From: a virus
Virus record (IMG/VR): IMGVR_UViG_3300045988_175038
DNA: 42,961 nt
Reading direction: 5' to 3' (one strand)
The notes beneath the pieces are model-generated. The model ran no database searches. It was given only the letters and a program-made list of their open reading frames with translations, and was not told the origin of the DNA. Numbering within the stretch: the stretch's first letter is position 1; each line of letters begins with the position of its first letter. The position numbers and the translations under genes were made by a program. This document shows positions 27,133-34,947 of this stretch, piece after piece.

Positions 27133-27420
27133 ATGGAAAGATACATCAAAGCCAACCGCCTCGTGGTGGAGCACCTCCACCTACAGGGCGACCGCACAGA
27201 GCTTCAGGATGGCAACTTCCTCCTCTGGCTCCAAGACCTCATGGTCTTCGGTCCACTCTTCAACCTGGCAGCCATCTGCTCAAAGATCGGAGCCATCGCC
27301 CTCACAGGCCAAGAGGCGCGACAGGAGCAGGAGGGCACTTCATGCCAGCAGCTGCCAGTGGCCACTGACCAGAGATTCGTCATCAGTTCAACCAATAAGT
27401 CAGAGGAGGGTGAGTCATGA
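27133..27420 (+). CDS. Hypothetical small protein
   Basis: A 95-aa ORF linked to the next gene by an ATGA overlap. Confidence 0.45.
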   Translation: MERYIKANRLVVEHLHLQGDRTELQDGNFLLWLQDLMVFGPLFNLAAICSKIGAIALTGQEARQEQEGTSCQQLPVATDQRFVISSTNKSEEGES

Positions 27421-28505
27421 GTGGAGCCAGCAAGAGCGTCAGCATCAAGTTCATCAGCCGTGTCGGCACATACATGGCTATGATACAGTCACCAAACGGA
27501 GACCTATACCAGGAGTATCAGCGCAACGGAGACAAGGTCACCGTCATGCCAGACTTCTCAAAGACCAAGCCGCTACTCAACTTCGTCTGCACATCATCCC
27601 GAGTGGCTGAGGGGGTCTCCACGCCAGTCAGCATGCGCTACTACTTCAACGGCGTTGAGATCACCTTCGACTCCGCAGGCAAGTCCAGCGGACTCTTCAC
27701 AGGCCTCTTCGAGAGAGTCGTGCCGTCAGCCTCACAGCTCTATTACGGTCTCCGCATCGTCGGCAACCTCGTCCAAGCCTCTGGCTATGCCCCCATCGTC
27801 ATCAAGATGGTGGGCAAGATCTCAGCCAAGGCGCAGAGCGCAGAGGTCACAGACGACATCCAGGCAGACTACACCATCCCAGTCGGTCCATACACGGGCA
27901 CGGCATACCGTGTCACCATAGCCGCGGGCGATGCCAAGAGCTTCACCCTCAGCAGCCCAGATGACAGCTGCGTCCTCGTTGCCAAGGCTCTGCAGGGCAA
28001 TGACGAGATTACCTCCACCCTCTATTACAAGTGGTACAAGGCAATCAGCTCAGACACAGGCTGGCAGCTCATCAGCGATGCCACCACCGCCAAGCTCACC
28101 GTCAAGGCCGCTGATGTCACCTGCACACGTGACTACAAGGGCGAGGTCTACAGCGACAAGTCCATGGCGGCAGACAAGCTCATCGGCTACGACTTCGTCA
28201 CCGTCATGGATGCCTCCGACCCATACGACATAGACCCATGTCCGAGTCCACTAGACATCACCATCGAGGAGGACACCAGCGGCAACGGCTCCGTCACATT
28301 CACCCCAAAGCTCGTGGTCCGAGGCAAGTCGCAGACCATAGACACCAAGTTCTACTTCACACTCAAGTCGCCGGCAGGCGTGGTGCTCAACACCGATGCC
28401 GCACGCAAGCCGACCGTGCAGCTCTCATCCTTCAACGTCACCAGAGACGACTGTCTCCATGGCGGAGGCACAGACATATCATTAACCATAGAGTCAGTCA
28501 AGTGA
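27417..28505 (+). CDS. Tail-fibre-module structural protein
   Basis: A 362-aa, beta-rich ORF. Confidence 0.5.
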   Translation: MSGASKSVSIKFISRVGTYMAMIQSPNGDLYQEYQRNGDKVTVMPDFSKTKPLLNFVCTSSRVAEGVSTPVSMRYYFNGVEITFDSAGKSSGLFTGLFERVVPSASQLYYGLRIVGNLVQASGYAPIVIKMVGKISAKAQSAEVTDDIQADYTIPVGPYTGTAYRVTIAAGDAKSFTLSSPDDSCVLVAKALQGNDEITSTLYYKWYKAISSDTGWQLISDATTAKLTVKAADVTCTRDYKGEVYSDKSMAADKLIGYDFVTVMDASDPYDIDPCPSPLDITIEEDTSGNGSVTFTPKLVVRGKSQTIDTKFYFTLKSPAGVVLNTDAARKPTVQLSSFNVTRDDCLHGGGTDISLTIESVK

Positions 28506-28507
28506 TC

Positions 28508-29503
28508 ATGGCAGTCAAGACATTACTCATACATTTCCTCAAGCTCGGTGTTGGCATAGCCAGCACCGAGATGGAGTATGCCGACTCCACCAGCTGCGAT
28601 ACTCCTCCAACAACAGGGTGGCAGACCACTCCACCACAGTGGCAAGATGGTCACTACATCTGGACACGCACACACATCACGTATACCAATGGCAAGGAGA
28701 CATATACCTCTCCAGTCTGCACGACAGGCAGTCAGGGGCAGCAGGGTGAGCGTGGTGCCGTCCTCCGTGGTCCGCAGCTCTGGTCAGACTGCGGCGTGGG
28801 CTATTGCTTCGAGGCTGGAGAGACTGGCAAGGAGTGGAAGGATACCGTCATCTACAACGACAACACCTACTCCTGCGTCAAGAGCCACGTCAAGACAGCC
28901 GACAACTACCCCGGCAGCGCAGATGACATCAACAACGGCTACTGGCGAGTCGGCAGCCCCATCGAGCTGATTGTCGCCAACATAATCATGTCACGCTACC
29001 AGCTCGTCAAAAACCTCGGGGTCGAGACCATTGAGATGAAGGATGCCGATGGCAACATCGTCTTCCGAGCCAAGGATGGTGAGGTGTTGGCCAACAAGGG
29101 CACATTCAACAATATCGTGTGCGACCATGGCGAGTTCACCAATGCAGTTGTCACAGGTGACCTCAACCTGAGCACACTTCGTTATCTAGCCAACAGGGGC
29201 GGCAATATGGGCGCAGCCGTCATGGCCAAGGCTTTCAACATGGGATACGGTCCTTTCATCTTGCCACACCTCAATGACAACGAGTGCATGAGAGTGGTCT
29301 TCTATAATCCAGTGATAACAAGAAGTTCACTGCCAGCCAAGGTCTCATGCCAAGGCAGCAATGATGTGTTGAAGCCAGCTTCTAACATATACATCTCAAC
29401 CTCATATCGTCAGATAGAAGTCTCCGGGTGGTGCGAGATGATCGGCTCAAACTTGACAAGTGGCAAAACCACATGGATATATAACAATATCGTGCAATCT
29501 TAA
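28508..29503 (+). CDS. Tail-fibre-like protein
   Basis: The first ATG of the track ORF lies 2 nt after the previous stop. GWQTTPPQWQDGHYIWTRTHITYTNGKETYTSPVC is a motif type common in phage fibre proteins. Confidence 0.55.
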   Translation: MAVKTLLIHFLKLGVGIASTEMEYADSTSCDTPPTTGWQTTPPQWQDGHYIWTRTHITYTNGKETYTSPVCTTGSQGQQGERGAVLRGPQLWSDCGVGYCFEAGETGKEWKDTVIYNDNTYSCVKSHVKTADNYPGSADDINNGYWRVGSPIELIVANIIMSRYQLVKNLGVETIEMKDADGNIVFRAKDGEVLANKGTFNNIVCDHGEFTNAVVTGDLNLSTLRYLANRGGNMGAAVMAKAFNMGYGPFILPHLNDNECMRVVFYNPVITRSSLPAKVSCQGSNDVLKPASNIYISTSYRQIEVSGWCEMIGSNLTSGKTTWIYNNIVQS

Positions 29504-29515
29504 GATTAATTCATT

Positions 29516-30952
29516 ATGATAGACAAAAAAACTTTCGACAAGGCTCATGACGTTAACACCGTCAACAGCAACCAGTCATTCCTCATGACTGACCAAAAAG
29601 GCAACGTCACCAAGATACCGTTGTCCGCCCTCAAGGCTGACCTCAGCCTGGGCAGCCACACATGGTGCGGCAGAGTGTGGAATACAGCCAACGCCACCCC
29701 CAAGGCGGCCATGGTGGTCGGCGACCTCGATGTCCTCCGTGAGCTGCCGCTCACCCTAGGTCTCGGCGCTTACCTCGTCAAGAATGACCACAGCCGCCGC
29801 AAGCTCGATGCCACAGACCATTACAAGTATGCCACGGGCGAAGCCGCCAAGCTAGACGGTTCACAGGGCCACTACCAGTGGGGATGGGGCAGAGAGTTCT
29901 ACTTCGTCACCAAGGATGTCGGTGGCCTCCATTACGAGATGATCGGTCTCAAGCCTATCCCTGGCGAGTACAACTACAAGATCCCTATCGGCTCCATCTC
30001 CGCCTCAGGCTTCGCCACCATCGAGCGCAGCACAGGCAGACTCGTCAGCTTCATCAACACAGGCTCTGACTACCGAGGAGGCAACAACGATGCCTCCCTT
30101 GACGGCACCAACCGCACCCTCTGCGGCAAGCCGGCAAGCTCGCAGACCACAGAATACTTCCGTGCCGCCGCACGCAAGAATGGCAAGGGGTGGCTCTGCA
30201 CCACCATGCGACACACCACCATCATCGCCGCACTCATAGGGGTCATCATGGGCACACACTACGATCAAGATGCCGTCAAAACCGCCAAAGACTCCAACGG
30301 TCTCTACCAGGGCGGTCTCGGTGCAGGCACCTCAAACTTCAACTGGGATACCTGGGGCACTTACAACTCCTACCGCCCATTCCTCCCCATGTCCGCAGGC
30401 ATCGAGCTGGGCGACAGCGTGGGCGAGACTACCTACGCAGTCAAAAATGACGCTGGCACCACGGTCTACACAGCCAAGGTCTCCAGCTTCTTCGGTCTCA
30501 AGCACGCACAGGGCGGCTACCTCTGGCGCATGATGGATGACGAGCAGGTGCGCATCAACTCCGATACCACAGCCACACACCTCGTCGCACCATCCATCTA
30601 CGGCTCATGGACCATCGGCTCAGCCACGGGCATGAAGGCTTACAGCACATCTCCTGCCACAGGCGAGGGCTACATCACCCGACTCTCCATGGAGCATTTG
30701 GAGAATTTCGCCACGGCCGTCGGAGGCAGCGAGACCACATACTGGACTAGCTATTTCTGGAATACTTCCAAAGCTACGAGCGGTTTCCGTCTCTGCCTGC
30801 GTGGGTGTAACGCTGGCGATGGCGGTCAGTGCGGTTCTTCGACTCTCAACGTTAGCTATGGTGTCTCGTATGCCCACGGTGACGTCGGCGCCGCCCTCTG
30901 CGAAGCAGCATCCGAGTGGTCTGTGGAGCCAGAGTATTACGCAGCTGCCTAA
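29516..30952 (+). CDS. DGR target protein (receptor-binding or tail-fibre candidate) with a C-terminal variable region
   Basis: The VR occupies codons 423-461. The C-terminus reads GFRLCLRGCNAGDGGQCGSSTLNVSYGVSYAHGDVGAALC. It is the last gene of the fibre operon. Confidence 0.85.
   Translation: MIDKKTFDKAHDVNTVNSNQSFLMTDQKGNVTKIPLSALKADLSLGSHTWCGRVWNTANATPKAAMVVGDLDVLRELPLTLGLGAYLVKNDHSRRKLDATDHYKYATGEAAKLDGSQGHYQWGWGREFYFVTKDVGGLHYEMIGLKPIPGEYNYKIPIGSISASGFATIERSTGRLVSFINTGSDYRGGNNDASLDGTNRTLCGKPASSQTTEYFRAAARKNGKGWLCTTMRHTTIIAALIGVIMGTHYDQDAVKTAKDSNGLYQGGLGAGTSNFNWDTWGTYNSYRPFLPMSAGIELGDSVGETTYAVKNDAGTTVYTAKVSSFFGLKHAQGGYLWRMMDDEQVRINSDTTATHLVAPSIYGSWTIGSATGMKAYSTSPATGEGYITRLSMEHLENFATAVGGSETTYWTSYFWNTSKATSGFRLCLRGCNAGDGGQCGSSTLNVSYGVSYAHGDVGAALCEAASEWSVEPEYYAAA
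30782..30898 (+). repeat. DGR variable repeat (VR)
   Basis: It aligns over 117 bp to 31194-31310 with 11 mismatches, all at TR adenines. It is in frame within the target CDS. Confidence 0.9.
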
Positions 30953-30958
30953 AGTCTG

Positions 30959-30995
30959 CAAAAGCTTGCTGGGTGTCCAAAAGTTTGCTAGGTGT
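30959..30995. repeat. Tandem imperfect 18-bp repeat just after the target stop codon
   Basis: caaaagcttgctgggtgt (30959-30976) and caaaagtttgctaggtgt (30978-30995) match at 16 of 18 positions. Confidence 0.7.
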
Positions 30996-31016
30996 GCATC
31001 AGCATACAGGGCAACC

Positions 31017-31078
31017 GCGGCGTAGCCGCAAGCACCCAGCGAGCGCAGCTCGCACCCTCAGATACCGCCTTTGGCGGT
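31017..31078 (+). other. Three consecutive GC-rich triloop hairpins
   Basis: GCGGC-gta-GCCGC lies at 31017-31029, GCGAGC-gca-GCTCGC at 31039-31053 and ACCGCC-ttt-GGCGGT at 31064-31078. Confidence 0.6.
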
Positions 31079-31149
31079 CGGCGACCAAAATTTTTAGCCC
31101 ATATTGGCAAAAAAACGCTCTTTGACTTCTTTCCATCCGATTTTTTTAT

Positions 31150-31157
31150 TAACTTTG
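31150..31157 (+). promoter_or_regulatory. -7 promoter box TAACTTTG(C) driving the TR-RT transcript
   Basis: Matches TAnnTTTG 37 nt upstream of the TR start. No other box lies between the TR and the RT. Confidence 0.55.
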
Positions 31158-31193
31158 CAGTGGTTTTCTAACCAGGGTGTGACCCTTGGTGCT

Positions 31194-31310
31194 GGTTTCC
31201 GTCTCTGCCTGCGTGGGTGTAACGCTAACAATGGCGGTCAATGCGGTTCTTCGACTCTCAACGTTAACAATGATGTCTCGAATGCCAACGGTAACATCGG
31301 CGCCGCCCTC
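31194..31310 (+). repeat. DGR template repeat (TR)
   Basis: A noncoding copy of the VR rich in AAY triplets. By my count it has 23 adenines, 11 of which are substituted in the VR. The 88-aa track ORF across it is an artefact. Confidence 0.9.
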
Positions 31311-31557
31311 AACTTAAACACTAGAGACTCTCTTATACAGGGCTATCGTTTGCTACCCTGTTCGAGATAATAGGGTCAGTCCTCGCCCCATGGCGATACA
31401 TACACACACCAAGATTAGCTGGTAGATGATGACAATAAGGTCATCCGGTCGAAGGTTATGAACATTAAAAAAGCAGACACCATTTTTCCAGTGCAGGCTA
31501 TCTGCACAGATACACAGTTTACACAGATTATTACACAGACTTAACACCGCAAGAGTT

Positions 31558-33129
31558 ATGAGAAGGTTTGGCCATATCTCGCCACAGGTCGAGACACTCG
31601 ACAACTTCAGACGTGCATTCTACGACTATGCACGCCAGAAGATGCATCGCCAGTCGGTGCAGCAGTTCGAGGCAAACCTAGACCATAACCTAGACCGCAT
31701 GCTCGGGGCATACCAGTCAGAGTCCTGGCACACATCACCCTATGTGGCAAAAGACATCGACTATCCCAAGCATCGACAGGTCAACAAGCTGCCAGTGATC
31801 GACCACGTGATGCAGCATGCCGCCCTCGCACCTGTCGAGGCAGACCTGCGCCGCACCATCCATGGTCACAGCCCAGCTGGCACCAAGGGCAAGGGCACAC
31901 ATTATTTCTATCAGCTTGTGAAGCGAGACATTTTCTCCTCGCCACAAGCCGAGACCTTCTATTGCCTGCCCATGGATATCCACCACTATTTTCAGTATAT
32001 CGACCACAACCTGCTTAAGGCAGAGTACCGCCGCAAGATCAAAGACCGCAAGCTCCTCGCCTTCATCGACGAGGTGGTGGATAGCTTCAATCCCGGCATC
32101 GTGCTCGGTGTCAAGCTAGCCCAGCTCTTGGGGCAGCTCTTCCTCGCTCGTTTCGACTACCTCGCCATCCGCTGCTTCGACATCCTCCAAGATGCCGACC
32201 GCTTCCGCTATTGGCAGGCTCGCTACGTCAGCGAAATGCTCGTTACATGCCGCACACCTGAGCAAGCTAGACTGCTAAGTGGGGGGGTGAAATTCCTCAA
32301 TGACCGCTTCGAGCGGTTCTGCCAACAGGGGCTCAGCCATTATTATCGCTTCATGGACAACATCTACATCCTCCACGAGGATAAGGTGTTCCTCCGCCTC
32401 ATGGCAGAGCTCTCCGTCATGCACCTCGCCAGAGACTGGCATCTCTCTATCAACAAGTCATGGGGTGTCCATCGCACTTGCGATGGCATCGACTTCTGCG
32501 GTCAGATCATCTACGCTGACCACGCCCTCTTGCGCAAGAGATTCAAGCATGATCTCTGCGCACAGGTGGCAAAACTCCGCAAGCAAGGTTACTCAGAGCG
32601 TCAGATCCAGCTCAAGGCAGCATCACGCCTAGGGCTGGGCATACACGCCAACACAAAAAATCTATATAAGAAAATCGGTATGGAAAGATTTGGTAAACTC
32701 GTAAAGGCACGCCGTGCGCGCGTCCCTTTCGAGGGAATGGAGAAATCACAGCAGCAGTCCATCGAGGACATCATCTGCAGTGAGGGTCAGGATGAGAACA
32801 AGTTCCTCATCCAAGTCATAGATTACAAGGTCGATGACTCGGTCATTGAGAAGGAGACCGTGCAGGTCGAGGAGACTGCCGCAGACGGCAGCACCCACCT
32901 CGTCACCAAGGAGGTGCCCAAGAAGCGCCTCACCCTGCGCTATCGCATCATCGACCACATCGAGGGCACCACAGAGGTCTGGCAAACCACCGACCACTAC
33001 CTCTATACAGGCTCCAAGATCCTGATAGACCAAGCCCTCAACGACTTCTGTCGTGACGAGCTACCATTCTCAACCGTTGTCAAGGAGCTTCACAACAAGT
33101 TCAAAAAGAAGTTCTATAAATTCACATAA
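31558..33129 (+). CDS. DGR-type reverse transcriptase with a non-canonical motif C (FMDN) and a ~149-aa C-terminal extension
   Basis: The RT motifs in order are KLPVIDHVMQHA, AGTKGKGTH, LPMDIHHYF, GIVLGVKLAQLLGQLF, YYRFMDNIYIL and GIDFCGQII. It lies immediately downstream of the TR. Confidence 0.85.
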   Translation: MRRFGHISPQVETLDNFRRAFYDYARQKMHRQSVQQFEANLDHNLDRMLGAYQSESWHTSPYVAKDIDYPKHRQVNKLPVIDHVMQHAALAPVEADLRRTIHGHSPAGTKGKGTHYFYQLVKRDIFSSPQAETFYCLPMDIHHYFQYIDHNLLKAEYRRKIKDRKLLAFIDEVVDSFNPGIVLGVKLAQLLGQLFLARFDYLAIRCFDILQDADRFRYWQARYVSEMLVTCRTPEQARLLSGGVKFLNDRFERFCQQGLSHYYRFMDNIYILHEDKVFLRLMAELSVMHLARDWHLSINKSWGVHRTCDGIDFCGQIIYADHALLRKRFKHDLCAQVAKLRKQGYSERQIQLKAASRLGLGIHANTKNLYKKIGMERFGKLVKARRARVPFEGMEKSQQQSIEDIICSEGQDENKFLIQVIDYKVDDSVIEKETVQVEETAADGSTHLVTKEVPKKRLTLRYRIIDHIEGTTEVWQTTDHYLYTGSKILIDQALNDFCRDELPFSTVVKELHNKFKKKFYKFT

Positions 33130-33135
33130 ACGGTT

Positions 33136-33537
33136 ATGAAAAAGATTTATCCAGCTCGCAAGAGCTTCGTCAAATATGACGATGATCACTTCTTGCTCTA
33201 CCTCGGTGAGCAAAAAATAGAAGACTATCACCCGGAGACAAACACTCCAGGTTCTTCTTCAGACGACAAGTCCAAGGCAGCGGACAAGGGCATCACCGCC
33301 TTCAGCTACGAGGGCACAGAGCCAGACGGCTCCACCAAGATTGCAGCCCAGTCAGCAACCTACGATGACTTTGCCGCAGGTTTGGTTCGCACCAAATACA
33401 GCCAAAACCAGGTCGAGGCCATCCTGTGCAACCATGGCGATGGCAATGAGGAGCACCAAAAGGAGTATGACACCTTCCAGGCTTGGCGCATCCAAGCCAA
33501 GGAGATGGCTCATGAGGTGCTTGAGAGAGCGGTCTAA
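33136..33537 (+). CDS. Hypothetical acidic protein downstream of the RT
   Basis: A 133-aa ORF 6 nt after the RT stop, upstream of the terminator that closes the operon. Confidence 0.5.
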   Translation: MKKIYPARKSFVKYDDDHFLLYLGEQKIEDYHPETNTPGSSSDDKSKAADKGITAFSYEGTEPDGSTKIAAQSATYDDFAAGLVRTKYSQNQVEAILCNHGDGNEEHQKEYDTFQAWRIQAKEMAHEVLERAV

Positions 33538-33546
33538 TTGATAAAT

Positions 33547-33584
33547 ACCCGATAGCGAGGTGGCTATCGGGTATTTTTATTTTT
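33547..33584 (+). terminator. Rho-independent terminator (module shared with 18940-18976)
   Basis: A perfect 10-bp stem (33547-33556 pairs with 33563-33572) is followed by ATTTTTATTTTT. Confidence 0.65.
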
Positions 33585-33597
33585 CCACCTACCTAAT

Positions 33598-33605
33598 TAC
33601 CTTTG
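33598..33605 (+). promoter_or_regulatory. -7 promoter box TACCTTTG(C) for the lysis operon
   Basis: It lies 26 nt after the terminator stem and 23 nt before the ATG at 33628. Confidence 0.55.
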
Positions 33606-33627
33606 CATAATAAAAAGCAAAAATATC

Positions 33628-33876
33628 ATGCAGAGAAATACTAAAGAATGGATACAATACGGCTCAGCCATCGTGGTGCTCACCTCTGGCATCGTACTGG
33701 CATACGTCAGCTATTTCACATCACAGATGCGAGATGTCACTGACAACGTGCTCTGGTACTTTGCTCAGACACTCATGTATGCTGGCTCCATCTTTGGCGT
33801 GGCTATCGCCATCGATGCCAAGTTCGAGAATATCAAAAACAAATTTTTTAATCATAAAAACAATGAGACAGATTAA
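33628..33876 (+). CDS. Holin-like protein with two transmembrane helices
   Basis: The hydrophobic segments are AIVVLTSGIVLAYVSYF and LMYAGSIFGVAIAI. It lies directly upstream of the amidase and overlaps it. Confidence 0.65.
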   Translation: MQRNTKEWIQYGSAIVVLTSGIVLAYVSYFTSQMRDVTDNVLWYFAQTLMYAGSIFGVAIAIDAKFENIKNKFFNHKNNETD

Positions 33877-34288
33877 ACGCATTTTCGTTCACTGCACAGC
33901 AGGTTCACAGCGTCAGACCATCGATGACCTCAAGGCTGAGTTCCACCGAAAAGGCTGGTCCAATCCTGGTTATCATTATGTCATCGACACCAATGGTGGT
34001 GTCCACCAACTCCTCGCCATCGAGCATGTCAGCAATGGTGTCCAGGGCTACAACTCCACCGCCATCAACGTGGCCTATATCGGTGGCATCGATGCCGACG
34101 GCAAACCTATCGATAACCGCACACCAGCGCAAAAAGACGCTCTTGTGCTCCTACTCCACAAGCTCAAACAAAAGTTCCCAACGGCTCAGATCATGGGCCA
34201 CCGTGACATCTGGGGCACAGACAAGTCCAACTGGCGCAAAATGTGCCCATGCTTCAACGCTATCCAAGAATATAAAGACATCGCATAA
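33863..34288 (+). CDS. N-acetylmuramoyl-L-alanine amidase endolysin (Amidase_2/PGRP, T7-lysozyme-like)
   Basis: The family pattern is IFVHCTAG...GYHYVID...NSTAINVAYIGG...GHRD...KMCPCF. The first ATG of the track ORF is at 33863. Confidence 0.85.
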   Translation: MRQIKRIFVHCTAGSQRQTIDDLKAEFHRKGWSNPGYHYVIDTNGGVHQLLAIEHVSNGVQGYNSTAINVAYIGGIDADGKPIDNRTPAQKDALVLLLHKLKQKFPTAQIMGHRDIWGTDKSNWRKMCPCFNAIQEYKDIA

Positions 34289-34291
34289 ATT

Positions 34292-34873
34292 ATGAAATCT
34301 CCAAAGACCATCATTTCACTCCTGGCAATCATGCTCATCACGACCATGGTTGCCTTCATCAGTTCGGCTAACAAAAACGAGGCTCTGCAGAGAGAACTCG
34401 ACCGCATGACGCAAAATGTGGCAAACGTCAACTATGACATTCAGTATGACAAAGTCCAAGACTCCCTGCCTGTGGCTCAAAACAATGCACTGCAGGTGAA
34501 ATATGACGAGCTTCAAAAACTCCACCTCACCGACGCCCAGCTCATCAAAGACCTCAAGGTTCGACTCAAAGATGCACAGACCATCCATACAGTCTCATCT
34601 GCCACGACCGACACAGTGCCCATCTCACCAGTCCCAGAGACTGCCGATTCCGTCTTCTCATACAGAGACCGATGGCTACAGCTTCACATCGACATCCCTG
34701 CCAGACAATGCCAATATACCGCCTACGATAGCCTCACGACCATCGTCAGCCGCACCTACAAGCACAAGTTTCTGTGGTGGCGCTGGGGGACAAAAGGCTA
34801 TAAGGTTCAAATCGTCAACTTCAACCCTCATTCCAGGATTAACTACTCGAGATACATAGATGTAGTTAAATAA
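34292..34873 (+). CDS. Membrane-anchored coiled-coil protein, spanin-like lysis accessory
   Basis: The N-terminal TM segment is IISLLAIMLITTMVAFISS, followed by a helical region. It lies immediately after the endolysin. Confidence 0.45.
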   Translation: MKSPKTIISLLAIMLITTMVAFISSANKNEALQRELDRMTQNVANVNYDIQYDKVQDSLPVAQNNALQVKYDELQKLHLTDAQLIKDLKVRLKDAQTIHTVSSATTDTVPISPVPETADSVFSYRDRWLQLHIDIPARQCQYTAYDSLTTIVSRTYKHKFLWWRWGTKGYKVQIVNFNPHSRINYSRYIDVVK

Positions 34874-34928
34874 CAAGGTTAAAGCAAAGATTTAACATAA
34901 AAAACTTGCATATTCTGATTTTTATTAT

Positions 34929-34947
34929 TATATTTGCAACAAAGATA
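34929..34947. promoter_or_regulatory. -7 box TATATTTG(C) embedded in a second TTTGCAACAAAG palindrome
   Basis: TATATTTG lies at 34929-34936 and CAAAGATA at 34940-34947, with the same central TTTGCAACAAAG as at 664-675. Confidence 0.5.

Noticed and set aside
30896-30908. Short CTGC-gaa-GCAG hairpin right after the VR as the DGR cruciform
   Set aside because: It has only a 4-bp stem, so it is too weak to claim. The stronger hairpins at 31017-31078 are reported instead.
30916-31125. 69-aa ORF between VR and TR as a possible Avd
   Set aside because: It overlaps the target gene's 3' end. It is an Arg/Ser/Ala-rich read-through of the tandem repeats and GC hairpins, not a helical-bundle-like sequence.
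31104-31370. 88-aa ORF in the track spanning the TR
   Set aside because: It is simply the translation of the template repeat (a copy of the VR coding frame). It begins upstream of the promoter box at 31150, and the TR functions as RNA.
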